NCBI GenBank assembly: GCA_973895155.1
Contig: OZ316892.1
Span: forward strand, 24,375,971 to 24,439,970
Direction of reading: 5' to 3'
DNA: 64,000 bases
Origin: Marsupella aquatica
Taxonomy: Eukaryota > Plantae > Marchantiophyta
Shown here: in pieces, positions 51,471 to 64,000 of the stretch
Layout of the letters: the number at the start of each line of letters is the position of its first letter
How positions within the stretch are numbered: position 1 is the first letter of the stretch
Position numbers and translations under genes: made by a program
Notes under the pieces: generated by a model
What the model was told of the DNA's origin: nothing
Databases searched by the model: none
The model's input: only the letters and a program-made list of their open reading frames with translations

Positions 51471-54400
51471 TTGGAGATTCCTTAGTCCACTGAAAATGTG
51501 TAGCTCTATTTAGAAATCTCAAGCCTCAAAAATTTGATGTACTTCATTTAACATATTAATCAATCTTACAAACAGGAGAAGGTTACCATAATCTACAACC
51601 TGTTGCCATAAATATTGGTCATATTTTATTACCATAGCTAACTACAAAGACTTATGAATTATTATTTTCTACTCCTGTGAAAGAAACTATGATCATTTGT
51701 TTGTGACCAAAAATCATCATCCATAACTTCCAAGTTCTGAGATTACTTAATTGGACAGGTTCAATAGGGCATGTAGAACCCACTAACATGTTGAAAAGGG
51801 GTGTCAAAGCACCCCCTAACTGATTTACGGTCTAGGGCATAAAACTCAAACTGTTTTATGTACAGGATATAAGGGATACCTATAGAGGATGTAACTCGTT
51901 ACAGGATACCTATAGAGGTGCCCAATAAGCCTTGGACATCTAGAAAGTACTTGTATCTAAGATTAGGGTCAGTCCCTCCACTTTAGTCTTTTATCCTTGT
52001 CAACAACTAGGAGAAAATGTCAAAAGGAACTGTTTGTATAAGCTCATTCATGATCATAATAGTAAAGCAAAATGCATGCAAGCAAGGCAGGTAAAGGTTT
52101 GGGGCTATGTGAGGATTTGGACGAGATATTGAAGCTTTTCACTGTCTCAACTACGTTTTGCTCTCCCTGCTCTCTCATTGTACTTTGTTGGCACCCACTC
52201 TATCAATAAATTAATTTGTTCTTCCCCTTTAGTTGTCTGCCGTACTTCTCCTTCAATCCACAAGAGAAGTGCTAGTGTAAACAGCGATTAAGGCAGGCCA
52301 TTAGGATTTGATTTCTCATTGGCAAAGCCTTCTTTTCTGTCTTCCAAGAAATTTGACGAATTGATTTGATTCTGAAATTTCCCAATTGATTGGATTCTTG
52401 AATTATAACCAAAAAAGAGCCAGCTGGGGAGCTAGCAAGCAAGAAAGCAGGCAAGAAGGTTGATTCTATTTTGAAATTATTAAAAAACAGAAAACTAACA
52501 AGCAAGGAGCAAGCAAGAACATCTGAATTTGTGGACAATTCTGCACTGGGGATGAGTTTTTGATATGACAAAGGCTTCAAGCTATTCCAATAATTACTAC
52601 ATGAATAGAGATTCCCAAGGACTATTGAGAATCCAGAAATCCATTGAAATTCATGGGAATATCTGGAAACAATCCAGGCAACAGTCCCTAACATTAATTA
52701 GCCGAGTGCCTGACCAGCTGCCACAAAATATCATCAGGATTTGAATGGCATCCGTCCCCTGGCCAAGAGGTATACCTCTGAAGTAATTGCGCCTCTGGAG
52801 CATATGGTCTCAATCATGCTTTGTGCTCACCCTTAACGTCACATTGTACTCCATAACTCCTCTTTATAGGGGCAGTCAAATCTACCTACACCTGCCCGTA
52901 AAAGCGACCTGAAGGAAAAATTTTACAGCTAAATGGTCATGCTTTGACACTCTCTAATGAATGCAAAGCAATGTAAGTGCAAAATGTTAATTGCAATCTG
53001 CATGTGGGCCTGATATCAATCTGTATGTAGGTGTCACTGGAAGTCATTTGACAGGTTCATTGAATGTAATATAAGTGCAAAGTATTAATTTCAATCTGCA
53101 TGCATGTGGGTCTAATTACACTCTGTATTTCGGGTGTCACTAGAAGTCAGTCAAATTTAAGTAATATTTTATGCTGCATGGACATGCATCGCCAGTCCAA
53201 TTGATCAATCATCTCCTAATTACACAGCAGCACGTCTTATTTGTGGCAATGTAGCAGAGTAACAGCTTATAAGGCTTATAAGGCCCCTTCCGGAATGTGT
53301 ATGACCCTCCTCTCTAGTGAGGATGGTGGACACTACTGGACATGAATGGGTTCTACTTCCAATAGTTTCCAGCTGCATGGATTTCGAAACGCCCCATGGA
53401 TTTCGAAACGCCCCATGGATTTGTGGTGTCGACTCGACATATCTGGTTCTGATGTTTGTCATGGTCTTCTATGTACTTGACTTGAGCAAGCCGGGTGAAT
53501 GAAATCTCTCTCTCTCTCTATCTGTATGTGTGTGTAGGGGATCGGCAGAGGTCGAGAGAGACTGAGAGAGCTTTTAGAGCTTGGCCTGCACTCGCATTTC
53601 ATGCACAGGCTAAAGGGTTGCAAGCAGTGGCAACTCTGCACGTCCTCCGCTAGCTATAGGCGAAACTGATCCCCATCTGAAATCATGATCAGAGCTGGGT
53701 GGATCGAGTTGGCATGAGTCGCATGTTACAGTTTCTTGATGGATTGTGTCACGTCCTCGTTAGAAAGTGTGGGCTGCCTCTTCTGGACATTCCGATCGCA
53801 AAGGAAACATACCCAGCAATTCACTCGATGTCTAACTGCTTCGCTTTCTTCCCTGCACCCGGCCTGCAGGACCGCAAACAACACCCACCGCCCAGCCCAT
53901 GCCCAGAACAGACCAGACCAGCCCGGCCCGTCCCGGCCCAACGGCGAGACGTCGATCAGCAGGCCAGGAGCGCAGGCTGCCTCCTTGCTGCGAGGAGGGA
54001 GGAAGGAGGTAGCCAGCGCCGGTCAATCCCAGTTTTCCCGCCCGCCTGACCTGATGCCCAACGTTTGGCAACAACAAGTCCCCCCACCATTCTTTTCACT
54101 CTCCTCACACACCATCACCGCCACCTCCTCACATTCCGCGCCAGTGCGAATGATCACGTACCCTCTATGTGATATTTCGCTGTTGTCACAACAGACTCGG
54201 ATTTCTCCTCAGCATGCACCTTCTATCAACATTTATCCGTCCATTCCCTGTTTAATTTTCTCCGCGCATTGGCGCGTTGGCGATGATCATGGCCGCCCAC
54301 AAATGAATTCCTGATTTTTCTCCACGCATTGTTCTCCAAGCGAGTCACGAGAGGCCCTGGCTAGCCGCTGATCGATCTAGGGAGCAGGAACCCTCCCCAG

Positions 54401-54864
54401 TCCATCATCACCTTCTAGTCAGGGTTATGGCCTATCTTCAATCCGGTGCTCCTCAGAGTTGAACACCATGTCCGGTGACTTTTTGCGAAGGCAGCAATAC
54501 AGAATTATTGATCAAGGATGAAAGGATGGACCAAGGTTGGCGTCTGCTTGATTGTCATGACATGACTAGCTAGAGCAGAATAAAACGAATTTGGTATGGA
54601 AATGCGCCAGCTCAGGATTGGGGCACTATGTCCCTGCTCGGAATCAGGTGCATGAGAGTTCGTGGACTTGAGGCTTGCAATCGAATTAATGGAGGACTTG
54701 GTCCGACGTAGGTTATTTGAAAACATCAGCTTCCAGCAATACGCACGACCTAGGATTCATGTCAAACCGTGGATTATCATTCCCCTGTGGATTGTACTTC
54801 CATGGTCGTGTCTCTGATACGAGCTGCCATTGGTAGAGAGCCAATTTCTGTGTCCCGGATTCAG

Positions 54865-57800
54865 ATGGACGACATACTCAAGCGCAGCACAATGGAGAGC
54901 ACTTCTACATTGTTTGAGAAGATCATTCCAGTTCGGATTACAAAGTGTGGTGCTGAAGACCGACACATGGATTTGACCATCCGTTTTATTATGGGCATCA
55001 ACAAGCTTCATCGTACCAGTAAGGTATTCAAGCTTCACTCAAAAGTGCTCATCCAGACCGAAAATGCAGATTTGGGATTGATTTGTGGATTAATCAACTT
55101 TTCATTTCGATGGAAATGCCCGTCATCAGAATAGTCTGAAAAGAGGTGTAGGTTCGCACCCGCCCACCCCAATCCCCCCACCACTAACTGGACGGGAAAT
55201 GGTTTTACTGATTTGGAACAACACGTTTCTCAATTTCGTTGACACAATGAAGTCTAATTGATCACCCTTGTTCTCCTGTTGTATGCAGGTCCTCCAGGTG
55301 CAGGTGACATGCGAAGGGGACCCCTTCTTCTTCTATTCCCTGGATGTGAACGAAGAAGACTTTCAAAGCTTGAAAGTCGAGCAATGCATTCTCGTGGATT
55401 TTTCGACCTTCCCCTACAAATTCATAGAGCTTTTGGAACAATGCATAGTGTCAGGGTGCAACGATAGCCCAAGGTGCGCAAAGTTCAAAATCGCTCATGT
55501 CCGAATGTGCACATGATAGTATTGTAGCCTGAACTTTTGTTTGCTGGTAGAAGAGGCTGTTGATGATTTTCTGTAGCAGTGAACAAGGAGCAAGGTGTTT
55601 CACAGTGTTAGATAATCTATCTGTCCGGTTCTTATCTGCAGGTTTTTGGCAGTGTTGAACGTAAGGACAGGGAATTCAACCTTCAGCATTGTGGAGACAA
55701 ATCAGTTCAAACACCTGAGCCACATCTCCTTGTGCTTCAAGCAAGGAAATGATCAAACCATCAAAAGTTATCTGGCGGGAAGGTTGGCTGAGTTCAAGGT
55801 ATAAAACACAACTCATCCACTCTCGATCTAAAAGCGATAATTTTCCTGTTTGATAAATGGAAGAGCTATTTGACCACGAAGCGATTTCCGCTCTGCAGAG
55901 AGGCCTATGTGATATTCTGTTCTAGATCTGCTTCTGGTTCCTTTTATTTGACCATGTTGGTACAGCGATTGGAAGATTTTGTGAAGGTGAGAGCTGCTTG
56001 TTTCAAGCAAGTATTCTAGAATAGAACCACCTTATGATATACAATCATTGAGAAGACGGTTTCTGGACTCTATCCATTACCACGCTGCGGTTCACATATT
56101 CGAATCCAGTCATGTTATGCCAATCATGTCTCCATCAACCAAGATTCCGAATCCAGAATCGGTGCTAAACATACAATTTTCGACGGTGGTTATATTCTCT
56201 TATTTTAGACGGAAGTGAAAGTAGTCCTCTGTTTTTTGGTAGAACCTGTCATTGTTAGTGGCTCTTGTGGAGAGCTTCCTAATTTGACTATGAGAATGAG
56301 GCAGATGGCCTGTGCAATTCACAGTGCAGAGAACCACAATTTTTACTATTGGCCAAACTTAAACCAAAGAATTTCCCAGTTCTCTCTGTAAGTCATATCT
56401 ATGTCTTAATCCTGTGGCCTTCTTTGATCTCCCTCCTTGGACGTTTATTTGATTTGTCGTTCAGTGGTACCCACTCCATGTTATGTCTTTGACAGACTAT
56501 CAATTTGGACCTGCATGATAAGCTGAGGCGCACGTTGCTTTCTTTAGAAAAGGCCTTGCGTGATGTCGACAACTTGAGCAGGTAATGTTGCAGGCAAGTC
56601 TCTTCTGCTGTTTTAATCTTTGTAAGGCTTGTTGCCATGCGGCCTTACTTATCTAGCATCCAGTTGCCTTACCATATTCTGTTCCATATTGGTAATAACC
56701 TGTTTGGGAGTCTCCGGACACCCAAGAGGAAAATCTGTCTAAGGCATTTCATGAACTCGAAAACATATAGCTGGGCATCACTTGTCTGATACTCTTCTCT
56801 TCTCCCAGTGAAGTCGCTGAACTCAAGGAAAAACAATCGAGTTCTATCAACGAACTGAAAGCAGAGTACACTCTTGAGATAGCTCATGAGAAAGAAAAGG
56901 TGTGGATGTTTTTCAAACTTTTGAAGGGTTTTTGAAGTGTTGATATGTACCTGCGCTGTCAAGCCATTCCAAAAGGAAAGCTATATGTTTAGGAATCTTT
57001 CTGATATTCCATCTAGTTGGGCTGTGGCCAATTGAATCCATGTGGATTGGTCTTCTATGATCACGAAGATCATGGAAGTCGCAAACTCCTGTTTATTGGA
57101 TTTGAACATCAACCTCTTGGGATATGCCCAAACTTGTGCAAACATCGAACATCAATGCATCACGAAGAAGATGGATCATTTGATTGTATACCATATATAT
57201 TATAGCTATTCCATATAGATACCCATAATTGTTCCGTTTTTCATTGCTGAAACAACACAGGTAATGCAAGAATCAGCCGAGCTAAAGGAACGGTTGGAGA
57301 GAGAACGAAAAGAATCGGAGGCCAGGCTTAGACAGCAAGGCGATATTCAACTTGAGCGAGCAACTGAGCTTGATAAACAGGTCTGCGGATAGCTTTAATT
57401 TAATACAGACGAACAAAATTATCTTGGGAGAGGGGACTCCAGTGAGAAGCGTATTTGAGGGAACTTTCAACCTCTTATTGATAAAAAGAGAGAGCATGAC
57501 GTTGAACGATTTATCCAATGTTGGGGCCCTGAATTATGAATTTCCGTACGACATTTTATACAAATAGAATACAGGAACTCAAATTTCAGAATAGAAACTG
57601 TAAATATAGAGAATTATACAGAATATTAAAGAATGCTTGTTGTTGAAGAGATGAATAAAGGCCCATAATAGCTTCATTACTGGGTGAGAATTGGTAATTG
57701 GAACTATTGCCATGAAGCCCAGTGGTTCTGATGAACAGGTTCGGACCCTGTTGGACACGAAGTATGACCTAGACACCAAAGTCACTGAACTCCGCACAAA

Positions 57801-60800
57801 GTTAGTTGCTGTGGAGAAGGACTTGGATGAGAAGCAGGAGGTAAACAATGCTGCAATGTTCAACATGTTATTATTTTGCTGTGCACACGCCTCTACGAAC
57901 AAAATCAATTTCGTGACCATCTAGAATGAACACATCAAATATCAATGGGTGAGTCGAACATTACTTTCTCAAGGGAATTCCTGTATTTTCAAGTATCATT
58001 GGACATATTGGTAATTCAATACCTATTTTTTTCACAGGAGTGTGAGCGCCTGCGTAGGGAAAACCGCAGCCTGGATTCTGATAAACACGAAAATACAAAG
58101 CAGCTGAATCGACATCTTATTCGCCTTAGTGCATTGGAGCAGGAAGTGAGGATTTGCTATTCTTTTGACGCGATGCTCCTCTTTCGTAATTGACTGAAGA
58201 TCAACAACGTTATCGTATAAAAAGACAATTTGACGGATCTGGTCATGTATCGAAGAATTAATCCTTTCCTGGGTGATGCACAATGTTGGCAGGTTCAGGA
58301 TAAGAATGATTTGGTGGGAAATTTGACGATGCAGCTGGATAATCAGGGTTCTCATAGGTCTGAAATCCTTTTTGTGACAATTTTCTTCATCTCCTTAAGT
58401 AATGAGTTCTCATTGTGGTTTCTTAGGACTGACAAAATTTGATGTTCAGCTCTGGCTGAGAGTGGCCAATGGTGCAAAGACGCCGCACCAGACAAATACC
58501 ATGTCGAGATGATAATTTCATTGAAATGAATTCAGATCAGCATTGGAGGGATCCTGGAAGGAAGCCCAAGCTGCTGCCGATCGTGCAGAGGAGAGAGCCA
58601 ATGCAAGCGCTGCTGAGATCACTAAATGCTACCAAATAATTGAGAAATTACAGGTGCATTGACAAACCTTTCTATTTAATTTATTTCTCCTTAGCTTCGT
58701 ACTGTCTTATAGTCCACCGCCGACGGACACAATCTCTGGAGATCTTCAATTTGAACGACTGACTTGAACTACCTGACCTGGAAGACTGACTCAAAACAAT
58801 TCTCACAGAGCTCGAGGGCATTCATTAAGTCCAAAAACTGTGGTGATCTAAGCCGACCTATAAACACGTTCAGGAAATGTCATTGCGAAATTGAGTATGA
58901 AGTATTTTATGTACAAATGTGAACAGCTGGAACTCCGAGCCATGAAGTCAAAGGTGAAGCTAAAAGGACAAGTTGCATCACAACAAGACACCTTGCTCCA
59001 GGAGAAGCAGAATGCCATTGACAAAGGACTCAGCGACATCAACTTGATGAGACATGAAGTGGATCATCTCAAGACCGACAATGAGAGTTTGAAGAAGAAG
59101 GTTCGTTCTGTTTAGTAAACGGGTTTAGGGTTTACAATTTGATCATTCCAGTCACCATTCTCATCTAGCGATAACACATGCCATCGATTCTATATCTTTT
59201 AGGCTTTCTTTTATCCGCTTTAAGGACTTACTCTCTGTTTTTATGGGGATGGCAGACAGCAGATTTGGAGGGGAAGCTAGGTGAGGCTCACGAGCTTGTC
59301 AAATCGAATCAGCAACTGGTCCAGTAAGTTATCCTAGAACCAAATTCCCAGCCGATAATGCCTTGTTCATCAGTCTGTTTTTCCTTCCATTCTTGGATCT
59401 ACATTAGAGCTTGCAAAAGCTTCACTCTTCAAGACTCTCCTTGATACATCCCTATAGCCCGGATTTTATGAGAGAACAAATGAACTCCACAAAGTAAAAC
59501 TTAACCAACCACCGAATCCAATAGATGTCTTACCTTGAAATTTCCTCGTGTCCTTTGTATGACCTTGGAACTTTGCATGGATATTGTTTCCCGTTCCTCA
59601 TGCTTCCTACCAATCGAAAATCAGCTTGCCATTCAGACCCACCTACGTCCAGTGGGATTGGTGAATGTCCTTGAGAAGCGGCCTGGGCAACCTTGGGGGT
59701 CCATAGAGAGATTTTTGCAGTTATGGACGAGTACCTTGTCATCAGACAAACGGAGGGGAAACCTATTAGATTGGTGAAACTTTGATGGAAAGCCAGCGGT
59801 ATAACCCCTCTTTACTGGGCTGAAGCATTTTTTGTGTTTGTTACCATAACAAATTGGGTAACTACTCATTTCATTCGAGCTCCCAAACAAATTGGGGAAA
59901 TACTCATTCCATTCGAATAACAAGCTGAAACAGCAGAACATTATTTTGTTGTCGCAGGTGGCTGAACCAGCAATTGACAGAAACTCAACTTGCCAGACTG
60001 GGGCAATGTGGGGTCTCATCTCGGTATCTCTTCAGGCCACCAAATGGTCTCTCATGCCCTGCGAATAACATTTTGGCATCAAGGTCGATGGTTGACGCCA
60101 ATGGCACGGGAACATCGCTCTCGTCTTCAAGCAGTATCGCCGGAAACACCAGCCCCACAGTTCCTTTCCAACACTCGATACCCTCTGCTCATTCTTTCTC
60201 CACTGCTCCCTACAATATCCCCGGCGGCAATTTTGTACCACCTCTAAACATGTCACCTAGTGCAAATGGCACAGGCCCTGGCTTGCCCAGTTCATTTGTA
60301 ACCAATGCTGGTAGCCGACCATGCTGTCTGGCAAAACTTGCTTCTGCAGCTGCAACAACGGGTGCACCATCAACGGGTTCAGCTACTTCAAAAGTTCAGT
60401 ACAGGCCAGCTCATCTTGTGAAGGCACCCAACATAATGGTCAATGGTGAGCACAATTCCTCTCCAGCTCAGTGCTCCTTGGGAGCAGACACTGCTGGTCC
60501 TCCATCTTGGCCTGATGATACATGCTCTTGGATGTCCAAAATAGGAGCGTCTACGGGGGTGATTTTACCTCGCCCACAATTTTCGTATCCTGATGTCCGT
60601 TCTGGTTTCAACGCCAACAATGGGAGCAAGAACAATGGCAATGGTTATCGAAACTCCGAAAGTGGAATCGATTGCAGTCAATTCCCTCAATCTAGATCTC
60701 CCCAATCAAAGTCCTCTGCTCCCCAATCTGCTGAACAACCAACCAGTGCACCGCCAAATTCTGCCAGACCCAGATCTCCTTTTCGAAAACCTCCTACACC

Positions 60801-60846
60801 GATTCAATCCCCTCGGACACTATCCCCTACAGTTCAAATCAGATAG
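54865..60846 (+). CDS. SAS6: Spindle assembly abnormal protein 6 (centriole cartwheel protein), about 13 exons
   Basis: Head domain DPFFFYSLDVNEEDFQSLKVEQCILVDFSTFP.KFIELLEQC and FSIVETNQFKHLSHISLCFKQGND..IK.YLA (exons 54865-55023, 55289-55473, 55642-55798). Coiled-coil exons run to about 59323, and the last exon 59958-60846 begins (Q)WLNQQL. Confidence 0.93.
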
Positions 60847-61829
60847 TCATCATTCTGAGCTGTCTGTTACGCTGCAGTTGATTCTACCGTTGCCGTGTAC
60901 TGAGTACCTTCACTGGGAATAGACCGTAAGGATTAGGTCAAAAGTTGACGATTGAGCCGGGAGGTCAATGGCGTCTTGTAAGCGTACTTCACTCAATCTA
61001 TTGAGCCACGTAGATAGCAGCTGGAGTTCATTCGAAGAGGCTAAGATCCTTCTTCTTAATCGGACAGATGTCTGTGTTGTTGAGGAACATCAATCCGAAA
61101 CACCCAATTTGTTGGAAGACGTCCAGCATGTCCGCAACGAAGCGGTTTTCTCCGAGCCAGAACGGTACTCAGCTGAAAGTTTCTGGACTACCCTGAGGTT
61201 AAATTTCAAACACAGTTTATCATTCATATCCCAGCCCTACATGCCTGGTACCTGATTCTCAGCTAGCAATCAAAGAAGACCTGGTGTTGAGTGTTAGCAG
61301 CAGAGAGAACCATTCGAGTCTTCGGAGAGGGATACAGTAGAAGCTTCTAAAATTGCATTACATACACAGCTCCAACAGAAATTTCCGTGCGGTGGAGAGA
61401 GCTTGAACGAAGCCTCTAAGTTATCGGGTCCCTTGGGACCGCTAGTTGTGCTTTACTGACCTTTTCGGAGAACAGAGCTTGCTTGCTGCCTCAAAACAGC
61501 TTCTGGGTTGATTCCAAACTTCTTTCCAGAACCTGATGCCTCCGACCCTCCACTCTTAATCCATACGATAGAGAAACTGCGATGTGGTCTGACACCTTAG
61601 ATTTCAGAGTGGAAAAATGTCACTCACTTCAAAATCCTAGATCTTTCCTAAGCAGGAGGTCTTGAAGTTCAGCATCGCCTGGTGTTGGTGGAAGGGCGAT
61701 GAGAGTACAAGGCAGTGACTGGGACATCTACATCACCTCTCTACTTGCTCTTCGCAGGAGAGAATTGTAGCAATATTGTGGGATGCAGATGGGATCAAAC
61801 GGTCAATACCTGAGCGTTGACCCTGTAAT

Positions 61830-62670
61830 TTTTTGTATTCTGTTCTACTGATTGATTCTGCCTTTCGCACTCTGCAAGACAGACAATTTGAATGCTTGGG
61901 TTTCATGTCTTGTGTGCATAAACTTGTCTGTTCCAAAGACTACTAAGAGGAAAATCATATCAACCGAAACAGAAACCCACCATCCAACTTTAAATAACAT
62001 CATCGAGTAGTGTCAAGAATCCTATGTTCGAGCCTCTTTACACGATGGTGTCTATTCTTTTCTACTGATTGATTCTGCCTTTTGCAGTCTCTAAGACAAT
62101 TTAAATGCTTACTTTCATGTCTTGTGTTCTGAAACTTGTCTGTTCCATAGACTACTAAGAGGACAATCAACTTAACTGAAGCATAAACCCACCTCCCAGT
62201 GTTAAATAAGATCATCGAGTTGCGTCAAGAATCCCATTTTTGAGGTTAAGGTGTCTTGACATGATGATGTCTATTCTGTTCTACTAATTGATGTTGCCTT
62301 TTGCACTCTACAAGACAGACAATTTGAATGCTTGTTGTCATGTCTTCTGTGCGGAACCTTTTCTGTTCCAAAGACTATGAGAGGAAAATCAAATTAGCCT
62401 ACACAGAAACCCACCTCCCAGTTTTAAAGAAGATCTTCGAGTAGTGTAAAGAATCCCATTTTTGAGGTTAAGGTGTCTTTACATGATGATGTCTATTCTG
62501 TTCTACTTATTGAATCTGCCTTCTGCACTCTATAAGACAGACAATTTGAATGCTTCGTTTCATGTCTTGTGTGCAAAAACTTGTCTGTTCCAAGAGGAAA
62601 ATCAAATTAACCGAATAGAAACACACCTCCCAGTTTTAAATAAGATCACTAGTAATGTCAAGAATTCCAT
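61830..62670. repeat. About 200-240-bp tandem repeat x4
   Basis: Units start near 61835, 62071, 62272 and 62492 with tattctgttctactgattgattctgcctt..gcactct..aagacagacaatttgaatgctt. Confidence 0.9.
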
Positions 62671-63179
62671 GTGCTGGGAGTGAGGAGTGTAGATGTGTGT
62701 GTGAATATTTGGGACAATAAGATTACAGCTTTTACAGGGACTGAGGGGTGTACAAATATTGTAGTAGGGACACTCCCTGTTTAATTCCTAGGGTACCCCT
62801 GCCCCTGCATAGTAGCAGTGCAGGGCATTCTCATTGACTTTCAAGTCCAAAACTCATACAGTTTAAATATTGTGTACACCTTGGAATACAATACATTTGG
62901 GGTGTCAATGGGAGTGATCATACTCCCTACCCCTGGCCCATGGAACCTTCAGTTGGCCTAAGTAAGGTGTTTTTACATGATGATGTCTGACCCTAAACAT
63001 TTTCCTTTGTATATAATATTTTCCTTCAATTCTAGTGAAGAGCCTAAGCAACCATTCTTGAAGCCCCATTGCTCTTTTCAGAGATTCAGGGCCTGCCCAC
63101 CCATATCCACTGCACCTCCACCTTCAGTTATGTTCTTGGAGTCACTGTCTAGACAGTAGGTCATGAAGAGTAGCTTTAT

Positions 63180-64000
63180 TACTTGATCTTACAGTCAGTA
63201 AGATAAACTCAGTAATATTCATTAAGCTTAAGAAACTCACTGGGAGAAACTCACTTTAGATAACAACTACAGAAAACCAATGGAACTAGTCACATACTAA
63301 ATGGTCACATGAAACTAGTCCCACTACAAACTCGACTACAAAATCTTGAAATTTCAGTTAAATGTTGACTGGTCACCCCCACCACAAAATCTTGACATTT
63401 CACTCAGTTAAATGTTGACTGGTCACATGAAACTAGTCACATACTTGTATATACCAAGTCTTGGGCATTTGACGTGGATAGGATCCGTACTCTGTTAGGA
63501 TTAACTCTAGTCTTGGGGTTGATCTCTTGTTACTTAGGCTAAACCACCATTAGAGTGTAATGGTGATTAGCCACGACTCTTGCATCTAGCATATAGAGGG
63601 GCTAGGGAGAACTCTTCTTGGAGACTCATGCTCATTGTTGAGGGAGCTAGCTAGATGCCAGGAGGAGAGCTTGTGCAAGCAGGCTAGGCTTGGTGTGGCC
63701 ATGGTGGCCAAAGCTTAGTAAAGCTCTTTGTGTGTTCATGTGGACGTAGCCTTGACAAAGGTGATTGAACGATGTATCTCTTGGTGTTGGTGTGTGCATG
63801 CTTGCTGGTTTTGCTCATGGTTGTTTCATGACGGTTTTCCCAACACCCTCATTGTGAGTATTGATGAGTTGACTATGCGCAATTAATGTGTTCATTGCAC
63901 AATTGTTGTTCTGATTGTGTTGTCTAGCTTTGACATTGTTGTCGGGCTATCTTAGTGAAACTGTTGTTACCATGCTCATGATATCAAGCATGAGTAGTGA
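63180..64000. repeat. Probable transposon/LTR-derived sequence with short internal repeats
   Basis: cagttaaatgttgactggtcac and gaaactagtc.ca recur; CpG-poor with no ORF. Confidence 0.3.

Noticed and set aside
53376-53422. 21-bp tandem duplication catggatttcgaaacgcccc
   Set aside because: Simple local duplication with no further structure.
53699-54314. GC-rich ORFs upstream of SAS6
   Set aside because: Low-complexity frames typical of a promoter or 5' UTR island; no recognisable domain.
60968-61810. Coding-like sequence downstream of SAS6
   Set aside because: The frames examined contain stops; probably UTR or a decayed fragment.

Overview
Eukaryotic, intron-containing plant DNA, most likely from a non-seed land plant with flagellated sperm (liverwort-like). 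This is inferred from the gene content. Bases 1-15579 form a nested DNA-transposon complex. It contains a Sola1/DUF7869-like DDD transposase gene (minus strand, one intron, three frameshifts), a decayed CACTA/EnSpm transposase and a GC-rich repeat array. It also carries two PHD-finger cargo ORFs, one clearly like the EDM2 triple-PHD module, and ends in a CACAA-type CACTA terminus joined to a LINE remnant. About 17 copies of the palindrome CGATAAATTTATCG cluster in the non-coding parts of this complex. The rest of the window holds three multi-exon host genes: CFAP58 (22627-30247, minus), a multi-pass membrane protein (40960-49440, plus) and SAS-6 (54865-60846, plus). These are interspersed with Mutator-like elements with 10-bp TSDs, retroelement debris and tandem repeats. 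The best candidate for a novel system is a transposon carrying histone-reader PHD cargo together with arrays of sequence-specific palindromic motifs, possibly an anti-silencing module. All family assignments come from recognising motifs by eye; no searches were run.
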